A DNA stretch of 63,721 nt, filler included, from Octopus bimaculoides (lineage: Eukaryota), in the NCBI RefSeq assembly GCF_001194135.2. It is 7 parts of 7 records of this genome, joined end to end, with 100 filler letters (N's around TTAATTAATTAA, not from the genome) between each part and the next. Parts side by side here need not be neighbours in the genome. Positions count along the whole stretch, not along the records: positions 1 to 13,083 come from NC_069008.1; 6 more parts are not named here. One strand, written 5' to 3'. The position numbers were made by a program, and so were the translations under genes. Below are positions 1 to 10,940 of the stretch, piece after piece (within the stretch, counting starts at the first letter, position 1; every line of letters begins with the position of its first letter). Below the pieces are notes generated by a model. That model was not told where the DNA came from. It saw only the letters and a program-made list of their open reading frames with translations, and ran no database searches.

Positions 1-895
1 AGGTCCCTCTCATCTTTCACCCACCCCCACCCCACCTCTTCACCTAACCACCCTCCAGCTCCCATTACCATAACCAACCTTCCCAGCTAGTATGTCCATC
101 AGAGCCAACCCCCTCCTGTGACACCACCACCCTCCACTATGCCCCTCCTGTCATCTTTGTAGCCAACTAAGAGGTGGGGGTAGGGGTGGACATAATGATT
201 GCATGTCAAGTCCCTACCATTGATGTAGTAGTAGTAATAGTAGTAGTGGTGGTGTTAGTGGTAGTGGTGGTGGTGGTAGTAGTAGTGTTGGTGGCGGTGA
301 TGATGGTGATGGTAGTGGTGTTAGTGGTAGTGGTGGTGATGATGGCGATGGCTATAGTGGTGGTGATGGTGGTGCAATGATGGTTGTAGTGGTGGTTGTG
401 GTAGTGACGGTGGCGGTGGACACCTACATGAAGCTAAATGCATTGCTAAATTCATTGGATGTACCCCCCCAACACCCCCACCTGTCGACAGGGCCCCTAC
501 TAGGGAACATTACCAGATCCTCATTTACCTCTGAGACTTTCAATCAAGTGGTCCTTTATATCTATTTACTCAGGAGAGAAACGAATGCCCAAGACCCATC
601 AGAAGGCCCCTTGAAACAGGTGGAAGGGAGGAAGGGAGCAGGGCTGGCCCTAAGGGTGCTGTTGCCCCAGGCAACCTGAACTTCAGGCTGTACAATGGAA
701 CCCCTGACTTGCCAGCACACTGAGCTGGCCCTGGAAGGCCCTGGAAGGGAGGTAGCCTTGAAGCAGAATCTGGGCCCAAGGGGTTTGCTCCAGACTGGAC
801 TCAGCTAAAAGTACCCAAAGTGGGGGTTAAACTGGGCAACAGGTTAAATTTTTAACTCGAGTAGGTCATGGCTGGATTTCAGCTCAGAACACGAA

Positions 896-1240
896 GATAG
901 TGTAGTCCTAGATACACTATGCCATAGGGTGGTCACAGTTGGAACAACTTTCATGATGGGTCTGCTGGATCAGGACTAACCTGGGGCTAAACAAGAAAGT
1001 CAAGGAATGACGCATAAGATAGTGTAGTCCTAGATACACTATGCCTAAATAAAAGACAAGATGGTCACAGTCGAAAGATCTTTGACCACAGCTCTGCTGG
1101 AAACGGACTGACCAGGGGCTAAACAGCAACAAAGGAGGGCACATTAGATGATGTACACCTAGATACACTATGCCTGAATAGGAGACAGGATGGTCACGGT
1201 TGGAACAACTGTACTGGATCAGGACTGATCTGGGGTTAAG
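896..1240 (+). repeat. Three tandem ~120-130-bp units
   Basis: Units start gat(a)gtgta..cctagatacactatgcc at 896, 1018 and 1147 and end ctgggg(c/t)taa; the same module occurs dispersed at ~46570-46700 and, inverted, at ~20860-21030. Confidence 0.8.
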
Positions 1241-1369
1241 CACCACCACCACCACCACTGTTGCTGCTGCATTATGTAATATTAAACCCAGAACCACCAT
1301 GTTTATTATCCTCTTCTGCACTTCCTCCAAAATTCCATACTTTACACACATGCACACGTGTGTAAAGTG

Positions 1370-2233
1370 TGTATGTAAATATGTATATATGTGTGTGTGT
1401 GTGTGTGTAGGAGTGTGTGTGTGTGTTCATTCATTTATACACCCATACGTATAGAGTTATTTGTGGGTACGCACACATACACACACATATACATATACGT
1501 ATAAAGATAGATAGATAGGTAGATAGATAGATAGGTAGATAGATAGATAGATAGATAGATAGGTAGGTAGATAGGTTGGTTGGTAGGTAGGTAGGTAGAT
1601 AGATAGTTAAACAGACAGACAGATAGATAGAGAGATAAATAGATAAATAGATAGATAGATAGACAGACAGACAGATATGTATATACATATAGATATACAG
1701 ATGTACATATGAATATATATGTGTGGGTATATATATACATACATACATACATACACATATATGTACGTCTGTATGTATGTATATATATATATATGTGTGT
1801 GTGGGTGTGAGTTTGTGCTATGCATCGCTTGCATGTGTATGTGCATGTCTACCTCAATCCGTACCTGTGTAAGTGCATGTCAGTCTGCACACAAGTGTGA
1901 TGTGTAGATATGCAAGTGTGCACATGTGGTTGCTTCTTAGACTGACGTCAGGCACATACCAGCACAAGACTGATAAACTTCCCTGGCTCAAACACTCTTT
2001 ATATGGTGTTCTGGGGGGGCAAAATGATGGAGTATCTCTTTTGTGGGAGAGTTGCGAATTCTTCCAGGATATACTTAGCTCTCTGTCTGTCTATTTAGCT
2101 GTCTATCTACCTATTTGTCTATTTATTTGCCTATCTGCCTATCTGTTTATCTGTCTGTCTATCTATCTATCTTTGTCTGTCTATCTATCTATCCATCTAT
2201 CTATCTATGTATCTATCAATCTATCTATCCACC

Positions 2234-2278
<45 letters not shown>
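1370..2278. repeat. Compound microsatellite block (TG, TA, TAGA/TCTA, CA), representative of dozens across the window
   Basis: Directly visible. Similar blocks at 220-415 (GTG/GTA), 8160-8480, 13320-13560, 49370-49518, 58445-58520 (TTC) and 61495-61555 (AAT); most N gaps are flanked by them. Confidence 0.95.
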
Positions 2279-3404
2279 NNNNNNNNNNNNNNNNNNNNNN
2301 NNNNNNNNNNNNNNNNNNNNNNNNNNNNNNNNNNNNNNNNNNNNNNNNNNNNNNNNNNNNNNNNNNNNNNNNNNNNNNNNNNNNNNNNNNNNNNNNNNNN
2401 NNNNNNNNNNNNNNNNNNNNNNNNNNNNNNNNNNNNNNNNNNNNNNNNNNNNNNNNNNNNNNNNNNNNNNNNNNNNNNNNNNNNNNNNNNNNNNNNNNNN
2501 NNNNNNNNNNNNNNNNNNNNNNNNNNNNNNNNNNNNNNNNNNNNNNNNNNNNNNNNNNNNNNNNNNNNNNNNNNNNNNNNNNNNNNNNNNNNNNNNNNNN
2601 NNNNNNNNNNNNNNNNNNNNNNNNNNNNNNNNNNNNNNNNNNNNNNNNNNNNNNNNNNNNNNNNNNNNNNNNNNNNNNNNNNNNNNNNNNNNNNNNNNNN
2701 NNNNNNNNNNNNNNNNNNNNNNNNNNNNNNNNNNNNNNNNNNNNNNNNNNNNNNNNNNNNNNNNNNNNNNNNNNNNNNNNNNNNNNNNNNNNNNNNNNNN
2801 NNNNNNNNNNNNNNNNNNNNNNNNNNNNNNNNNNNNNNNNNNNNNNNNNNNNNNNNNNNNNNNNNNNNNNNNNNNNNNNNNNNNNNNNNNNNNNNNNNNN
2901 NNNNNNNNNNNNNNNNNNNNNNNNNNNNNNNNNNNNNNNNNNNNNNNNCATATATATATACACATGAGACTGGAGGGTGAAATTTAAGGGATATCTGGCT
3001 GCTATTTCTGGCAACTGAATAGATGCTCTTGCCTCTTGTGTACAGAGACAAAAACACACTTGCGCACGCTTGCACATGCACGCACTCACATACACACACA
3101 TGTACACACAAACACACATACACAACACACACACACACGTGCACACACACACACAAGCTGTCATGTCTTCTACTCCCACCACTGACATCATCAGTCTCAA
3201 GTTTCCGGTGGAGTGGGCATGGCCGGATGTTACCTGTCCCCTTGCATATTTCCTCTTGGGCTTCAGAAGTAGGAGTGGCAGCGAAGCCTGAATATCAGTG
3301 GGAAGGATGTTTACTTCCTAATTCGTCTTCCTCATACTAACCCTAACCCACACCAGACAAGGAGTGACAACTGAATGCAATGTTTTGCACCCTCCATACC
3401 CCCA

Positions 3405-4462
3405 CCCCACCAAACTACTGCCTTCACACTGGCACAAATACACACGGACAACCCAACCAGGGAGACCTCAACATAGTAGCTGCCACTTATTAGAAATAGC
3501 AGCCAAATCTCCCCCATATCACACTGTACTGTCTTATATATGTATACATCTCTATCTGTATATGTACAATATATATATATATATTATGTATGTGTGTATG
3601 TTTGTATATGTACACACACTCACATCATCATCATCATCATCATCGTTTAACGTCCGCTTTCCATGCTAGCATGGGTTGGACGATTTGACTGAGAACTGGT
3701 GAAACCGGATGGCAACACCAGGCTCCAGTCTGATTTGGCAGAGTTTCTACAGCTGGATGCCCTTCCTAACGCCAACCACTCAGAGAGTGTAGTGGGTGAT
3801 TTTACGTGTCACCCGCACGAAAACAGCCACGCTCGAAATGGTGTCTTTTATGTGCCACCCGCACAAGCCAGTCCAGGGGCACTGGCAACGATCTCACTTG
3901 GCTTGCCGGGTCTTCTCACGCACAGCACNNNNNNNNNNNNNNNNNNNNNNNNNNNNNNNNNNNNNNNNNNNNNNNNNNNNNNNNNNNNNNNNNNNNNNNN
4001 NNNNNNNNNNNNNNNNNNNNNNNNNNNNNNNNNNNNNNNNNNNNNNNNNNNNNNNNNNNNNNNNNNNNNNNNNNNNNNNNNNNNNNNNNNNNNNNNNNNN
4101 NNNNNNNNNNNNNNNNNNNNNNNNNNNNNNNNNNNNNNNNNNNNNNNNNNNNNNNNNNNNNNNNNNNNNNNNNNNNNNNNNNNNNNNNNNNNNNNNNNNN
4201 NNNNNNNNNNNNNNNNNNNNNNNNNNNNNNNNNNNNNNNNNNNNNNNNCCCCACCAAACTACTGCCTTCACACTGGCACAAATACACACGGACAACCCAA
4301 CCAGGGAGACCTCAACATAGTAGCTGCCACTTATTAGAAATAGCAGCCAAATCTCCCCCATATCACACTGTACTGTCTTATATATGTATACATCTCTATC
4401 TGTATATGTACAATATATATATATATATTATGTATGTGTGTATGTTTGTATATGTACACACA
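3405..4462 (+). repeat. 214-bp direct duplication either side of an N gap
   Basis: 3405-3618 is identical to 4249-4462. Confidence 0.9.
3622..3928 (-). mobile_element. Young retroposon with (GAT)n 3' tail, running into a gap
   Basis: (CAT)n then gtttaacgtccgctttccatgctagcatggg...ggatgcccttcctaacgccaaccac; more diverged relatives at ~31830-32200 and ~36040-36290. Confidence 0.7.
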
Positions 4463-5039
4463 TTCACAATGATATATATACATATATATATATATATTAT
4501 GTATAATAACAATAAATGGAGCAAAACGCATATAAATAAAAGTTCCTTCAATTCCTACATATGTTTCAAAATATATGTGTGCTCTCCTCCAAAGAAGTAA
4601 GTAGAATGATGAGATGAGTGCTCAACACTGCATTGATGGATATACAATTTCCTTATTTGTGAATTAAAGCTAGTCTTCATGTTAAGAAAAGTGTTAAGAC
4701 GCTAGGATATTTTCCTACTCTTCTTAACATGAAACCAATGGTAGCCTTAATTCACAACTAAAGAATATATATATATATATAATAGTAGGGTAAAAAAAAT
4801 GGATATTAATTAATATCAATTTAATACCAGGAAACTAGCACATTAAAAGAATCAGGAGATTCAGAAAAAATTATCTGAGATCTCAAAAGGATTATTGTAT
4901 ATGTATATATAAAAGAGACCACTAAGTGAACTGTTAATGTGCTAGAAGAAGATCACTGAATAGTTCTCAAAGAATAAATCTAACAAAGCAAAACATACGG
5001 GCAAGACTAGTGAAAATTACAGAAATAAATATAGACCTT

Positions 5040-5545
5040 TATATGACAGCTAGACCTGCTAGAAGTATCAACCAAATTTCCCTCAAATCATTCCCTCCTC
5101 TCTTATGCAATTATAAATGTAGATATCAGCCAAAGAGGCTGATATCTACATGGTAGCTTGACCCCGTCAGAAATAGCCACCAAATCTGCCAATCACACCT
5201 TGTTCTATTATGTATGTAGGAGACCTCTGCAGGGTAGCTAGACCCGGTGGAAATAGTAGCTGAATTCCCTTCAAATCATACACTACGGTTTTTGCATGAT
5301 CGATGTAGGAGTCCCCTATTGGCTTTTAGACTTAGTTGAAATAGCAGTCAAATCTCCCTCATACATATAAATTTACATGAATGAGCCGATGAGCATGCTC
5401 TATCCGGTAGCTACACCTGATAAAAGTAGCAGTCAAATCTCACATATACGTATATATGTAGATATGAGCCAAGGAGGGAAGCCTCTACATGGTAGCTGGA
5501 TTTATTAGAAATAGCAGCGAAATCATCTTTGAATCACATCCGGGG
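5040..5545 (+). repeat. About six diverged tandem ~90-bp units (tagaaatagcagccaaatctccctcaaatcac module)
   Basis: Motif recurs near 5055, 5160, 5240, 5330, 5415 and 5500; dispersed copies at 3490, 4335, 31245 and 46245-46990. Confidence 0.7.
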
Positions 5546-5671
5546 CATATGAGATAATACGATCATATATTTTCTACAATTTGAGGAAAAGAAGAAGAAA
5601 AAGAGGGACAGTGTGGGGGTGGGGAGGGGGAGAGGATATTGTAACATCTTTGATCAAATGAACATATTTCT

Positions 5672-5754
5672 CTTCTTCAATATATATTTCAGTATAAAGA
5701 ATTCATTAAGAGACTTAATAAATCAAAATTTCTTTACACATCTTCAGGAATAAA
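5672..5754 (-). ncRNA. Minimal type I hammerhead ribozyme motif (Penelope-like element type)
   Basis: Minus strand tttattc-CTGAAGA-t-gtgtaaagaa...ttctttatac-t-GAAA-tatata-TT-gaagaag: intact core, at least 10-bp helix II with an inner attaag/cttaat hairpin, palindromic helix III ATATATAT, 7-bp helix I with one mismatch. Confidence 0.6.
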
Positions 5755-6299
5755 TATAACATCAGAAAAACTATATTCGGTTTAAAAATACAAACCGTTC
5801 ATGGCGAAAAAATTTCACAATTACAAAAACCGAACAAAATTTATATTAATATATATATATATATAAAAATATATATATACATGTATATATATAGTACTGG
5901 CTGAGTGTTGTTGTGTATATGAGTGTGTGTGTGTGTATGTGTCTGTGGGTGCCTCTGTGTGTATGTGTATGTCTGAGGATGAGTGGGTGTGTGTATAGAG
6001 ATAGATAGGTAGATACATACACATCCACACACACACACACAGCAACAACCCAATAATTAACCTTTGCTAAGAAGTGACCTTTCAGTCTGACATCTTAGAA
6101 AACGATTAGCAACCCCCAACCCCCATCCACTCTCTTCCCTCATCACCATACTCCATCCACCCTTATTTTCACCCACTCCACCACCTCATTCATGTGTATG
6201 CGAAAACATATGTATGTGAGTGTGTGTATGTATGTGTATATGCATATATGCACTATGTATGTATTTACTTATCTGTCTATCTTACTTTAATATATGTTC

Positions 6300-6368
<69 letters not shown>

Positions 6369-7225
6369 NNNNNNNNNNNNNNNNNNNNNNNNNNNNNNNN
6401 NNNNNNNNNNNNNNNNNNNNNNNNNNNNNNNNNNNNNNNNNNNNNNNNNNNNNNNNNNNNNNNNNNNNNNNNNNNNNNNNNNNNNNNNNNNNNNNNNNNN
6501 NNNNNNNNNNNNNNNNNNNNNNNNNNNNNNNNNNNNNNNNNNNNNNNNNNNNNNNNNNNNNNNNNNNNNNNNNNNNNNNNNNNNNNNNNNNNNNNNNNNN
6601 NNNNNNNNNNNNNNNNNNNNNNNNNNNNNNNNNNNNNNNNNNNNNNNNNNNNNNNNNNNNNNNNNNNNNNNNNNNNNNNNNNNNNNNNNNNNNNNNNNNN
6701 NNNNNNNNNNNNNNNNNNNNNNNNNNNNNNNNNNNNNNNNNNNNNNNNNNNNNNNNNNNNNNNNNNNNNNNNNNNNNNNNNNNNNNNNNNNNNNNNNNNN
6801 NNNNNNNNNNNNNNNNNNNNNNNNNNNNNNNNNNNNNNNNNNNNNNNNNNNNNNNNNNNNNNNNNNNNNNNNNNNNNNNNNNNNNNNNNNNNNNNNNNNN
6901 NNNNNNNNNNNNNNNNNNNNNNNNNNNNNNNNNNNNNNNNNNNNNNNNNNNNNNNNNNNNNNNNNNNNNNNNNNNNNNNNNNNNNNNNNNNNNNNNNNNN
7001 NNNNNNNNNNNNNNNNNNNNNNNNNNNNNNNNNNNNNNNNNNNNNNNNNNNNNNNNNNNNNNNNNNNNNNNNNNNNNNNNNNNNNNNNNNNNNNNNNNNN
7101 NNNNNNNNNNNNNNNNNNNNNNNNNNNNNNNNNNNNNNNNNNNNNNNNNNNNNNNNNNNNNNNNNNNNNNNNNNNNNNNNNNNNNNNNNNNNNNNNNNNN
7201 NNNNNNNNNNNNNNNNNNNNNNNNN

Positions 7226-7544
7226 CCCAGACCGGGCATTGTGAGTGTTTATTGAGTGAAAACACCTAAAGCTCCACGAGGCTCCGCTAGGGGATGGTGG
7301 CGAACCCTGCTGTACTCTTCCACCACAACTTTCTCTCACTCTTTCTTCCTGTTTCTGTTGTACCTGTAATTCAAAGTGTCAGCCTTGTCACACTGTGTGT
7401 CACGCTGAATCTCCCCGAGAGCTACGTTAAGGGTACACGTGTCTGTGGAGTGCTCAGCCACTTGCACGTTAATTTCACGAGCAGGCTGTTCCGTTGATCG
7501 AATCAACTGGAACCCTCGACGTCGTAAGCGACGGAGTGCCACAA
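7226..7544 (+). mobile_element. SINE family A copy (5' end lost in gap)
   Basis: Colinear with 9515-10494 once the MITE is removed. Confidence 0.85.
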
Positions 7545-8258
7545 TATATAGATGTGTTGAAATAATTGTAAATCTGACGATGGCATATAAGTATTTATAT
7601 ATGTGTATATATATATATATATATTTCGTTTTTGGATTTGGTTTGCAAGATTTTTTATGTGATTTCGTGTGTTGAAGCATATTCTGTTGTGTCTGGGGAG
7701 AGTCATTTTCTTATTGTGCCTTAAAATTTAACACCCACGTGCAGTTCCTTCGTAATTAATGAATCTAATTGTTAACTAAAGTAGAAGATAATTAACAAAG
7801 TATAGTATATACCCTGCTGGTATAATGCTTATGTCCTTTAAGTATTATTTCGTGATTTGCAAATGGATACCATGAGTTTACTTTCAGATATACTCATTAG
7901 GTTTTTTGTTTTTTGGGGGATTATCTGAAATAGAATACTCGCATATCAATTAATCCCAAAAAACTGAATTATATATANNNNNNNNNNNNNNNNNNNNNNN
8001 NNNNNNNNNNNNNNNNNNNNNNNNNNNNNNNNNNNNNNNNNNNNNNNNNNNNNNNNNNNNNNNNNNNNNNNNNNNNNTTTCGATCTCAGTTTCCCCAACA
8101 GGTCTTCACAAGCTGAGTTTAGTGTCCAATGAAGCAAGGTAACAACCTTGTCCATCAGTATCTATCTATCTATCTCTGTCTGTCTGTCTATCTATTTATC
8201 TATCTATCTATCTATTTATCTATTTATTTATCTATTTATTTATTTATCTATCTATCTC

Positions 8259-8320
<62 letters not shown>

Positions 8321-8879
8321 AATCTATATCTATCTATCTATCTATTTGTCTGTATCTATCTGTCTATCCATCTGTAACTATCTGTCTGTTTGTCTGTCCA
8401 TCAGTATGTATATCTATCTATCATTATCTATCTGCCTGTATCCCCCCTCTCTCTCTCTCTGCTCACACACACACACATGTATATATTTACATATGTAAAC
8501 AAAATATTAGTTTAGTAGCCTTCAGCTGGAAATTGCTGTTTCATTCGTTCGTTAGCTGTCAGATGGCCTAGATATTAATTTTGATTACTTTAATAATGTT
8601 GCCTGTGTTTGCTGTTGTTCAGTGAAGCGTTCATGTCGGTTTGCTTCACATGCTGCTCTCCCACCGGCTCTCACTTCGGTTTGTGTGTGTGTTTATATAT
8701 GTATGTGTATTTGTGGACATATGGTTATGTGTATATGTGTTTGCGTGTGTATATATATATATCTGTGTGTGTGTCTGTGTAAACATGTATGTGTCTGTGT
8801 ATATGTGTGTCTGTATATGTGAGTGTGTGTTTGAATGTGTATGCGTGTTTGTATATATATGTGTGTGTGTGTGTGTGAG

Positions 8880-9052
8880 TTTATGTTTATCCTCCAACAC
8901 TTGACAACCGGTGTTGGATTGTTTATGTCCTTGTAACTGAACGGTTCAACAAAGAGGTGCAACAGAATAAATATCAGACTTTAAAGGAAAAAAAGAAATG
9001 TACCCTATGGTGCTCCAGCATGGCCACAGTCTAATGACTAAATTAAGCAAAG
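8880..9052 (+). mobile_element. SINE family B 3' half
   Basis: cttgacaaccggtgttggattgtttatgtcc...ggtgctccagcatggccacagtc, preceded by a long TG/TA tract. Confidence 0.7.
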
Positions 9053-9457
9053 AAAAGGAGAAGATAGCAAAAGAGAGAGAGAGGAAGAGAGAACATAGAT
9101 TATATACACCAGCAGAATATATACCCTGCCAAAGCAGGATTTATTGCCATATGTACAATCTTTGTCAAAGTTGAAAAACTGGAACCAAGCAGTTGCTGTG
9201 TCTAGCCGGATGTCTTCCTTTGACAAGGTCAAGGAAGGCTGAAATCGTGGGATCTGGTAATTCAGGTAGCAATGGCAGATGATTACCATCTGTCAGCTGG
9301 ATAAACATAGGTGCATATATGCACTATGAGTCTATTCAAGGGGTCTTCCAAAGGGAAATAATAAAGTACCCTGTGTCTAAAAAAGTCTTCTGGCTATTTG
9401 CAACACCAATGGCTGAATAGACTTTGAGATTTTATGTATCACTGAAAGGAGAATTTT

Positions 9458-10496
9458 GGAGGCGCAATGGCCCAGTGGTTAGGGCAGCGAACTCGCGGTC
9501 ATAGGATCGCGGTTTCAATTCCCAGACCAGGCGTTGTGAGTATTTATTGAGCGAAAACACCTAAAAGCTCCACGAGGCTCCGGCAGGGGATGGTGACGAA
9601 CCCTGCTGCACTCTTTCACCACAACTTTCTCTCACTCTTACTTCCTGTTTCTGTTGTGCCTGTAATTCAAAGTGTCAGCCTTGTCACACTCTGTGTCACG
9701 CTGAATCTCCCACGAGAACTACGTTAAAGGGTACATGTGTCTGTGGAGTGCTCAGGGATCTTTTTCAAAACGGGGGCCACATTTTTCATTAACGAAACAC
9801 TTTGAAACTTGGAACACTGGTAGAATGTGTCATATAAAACATCTTTTTCTCTTAGTCTTCTTAAAAGAAAAAGAAATCCATAAATTATTCCATGTTAAAG
9901 TTGTCGTATTTCNNNNNNNNNNNNNNNNNNNNNNNNNNNNNNNNNNNNNNNNNNNNNNNNNNNNNNNNNNNNNNNNNNNNNNNNNNNNNNNNNNNNNNNN
10001 NNNNNNNNNNNNNNNNNNNNNNNNNNNNNNNNNNNNNNNNNNNNNNNNNNNNNNNNNNNNNNNNNNNNNNNNNNNNNNNNNNNNNNNNNNNNNNNNNNNN
10101 NNNNNNNNNNNNNNNNNNNNNNNNNNNNNNNNNNAATTGTTTCAGAATCGTTTGTTTATGTAGTCGGCACTTAATGTATATCGGCTGAATGGACGTCAGT
10201 GATTGGTTGAAATTATCGAAATAAGACAATTTTTTACATGAAATAAATTCGAATACAAAAATATTTTTCTGTTCTATAACACAAAATAGATAAGTATACG
10301 AAGTTTGAAAGTCTTTCGGTACCAAAAACACTACGTAAAACATTAATGAAAAATGTGGCCCCCGTTTTAAAAAAGATCCGTGCTCAGCCACTTGCATGTT
10401 AATTTCACAAGCAGGCTGTTCTGTTGATCGGATCAACTGGAGCCCTCGGCGTCGTAAGCGACGGAGTGCCAACAACGAAGGGAGAATTAACTGCTG
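9458..10496 (+). mobile_element. tRNA-derived SINE family A, full length, split by the MITE
   Basis: Head ggaggcgcaatggcccagtggttagggcagcg...ggtttcaattccc (A/B boxes); body matches the 7226 and 26997 copies and resumes exactly after the TSD. Confidence 0.85.
9756..10379. mobile_element. Non-autonomous DNA transposon (MITE), Merlin-like, inserted into a SINE
   Basis: TIRs GGATCTTTTT(C/T)AAAACGGGGGCCACATTTTTCATTAA(C/T)G (39 bp, 2 mismatches); 8-bp TSD GTGCTCAG at 9748-9755 and 10380-10387; GG...CC termini; internal gap. Family assignment is by inference. Confidence 0.8.
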
Positions 10497-10809
10497 GACA
10501 GCTGCCATTGGCAAGGCCAAGGAAGGCTGAAATCACACAAACTAGTGCTTCAGGCAGCGACAGTGAATGGATATCACCCATCAGTGATATAAATACGTGT
10601 GTTTATATGCACTACAAGTTCATACAAAGCAGTTCTCTGGTGGCAATTAAATGCAGTATTCTGTGTTCCAACACAAGCTCCAGTTTTATGTGATCATGTG
10701 ACTGACCAGGTTATCCGATGTTATTGCACCTCACTGGTCACAATGCACTTTTGCTTTTGTTTTAGTCTTCAAATAATGGCTAGGTGAGTAGGTCAACATC
10801 CTCTCCTGA

Positions 10810-10940
10810 TCAAAGGGGGACTGGAGTAACGCGAAATGAAGTGTTTTGCTCAAGAACACAACGTGCTGCCCGGTCAGGGAATCGAACTCACGGTCTAGCG
10901 ATTGGGAGTGCAACAACCTGACCACTAGGCCAAACATCTT
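10810..10940 (-). mobile_element. SINE head with CORE-like block
   Basis: Minus strand ggcctagtggtcagg...gtgagttcgattccc...ttgtgttcttgagcaaaacacttcatttc; same module as 54485. Confidence 0.7.

Noticed and set aside
174-415. Poly-Val ORFs resembling transmembrane proteins
   Set aside because: GTG/GTA/ATG trinucleotide repeat.
896-1240. Repeat-spacer appearance reminiscent of a CRISPR array (also 5040-5545)
   Set aside because: Eukaryotic context, whole units are homologous with no unique spacers, and there are no cas genes.
7573-7590. CTGACGATGGC half-motif
   Set aside because: Interrupted by a microsatellite; no GAAA half visible.
9458-9530. tRNA-like sequences (also 24540, 53360-53429, 54490, 59280-59346)
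   Set aside because: A/B boxes run straight into repeated SINE bodies and lack a proper cloverleaf, so they are SINE heads, not tRNA genes.
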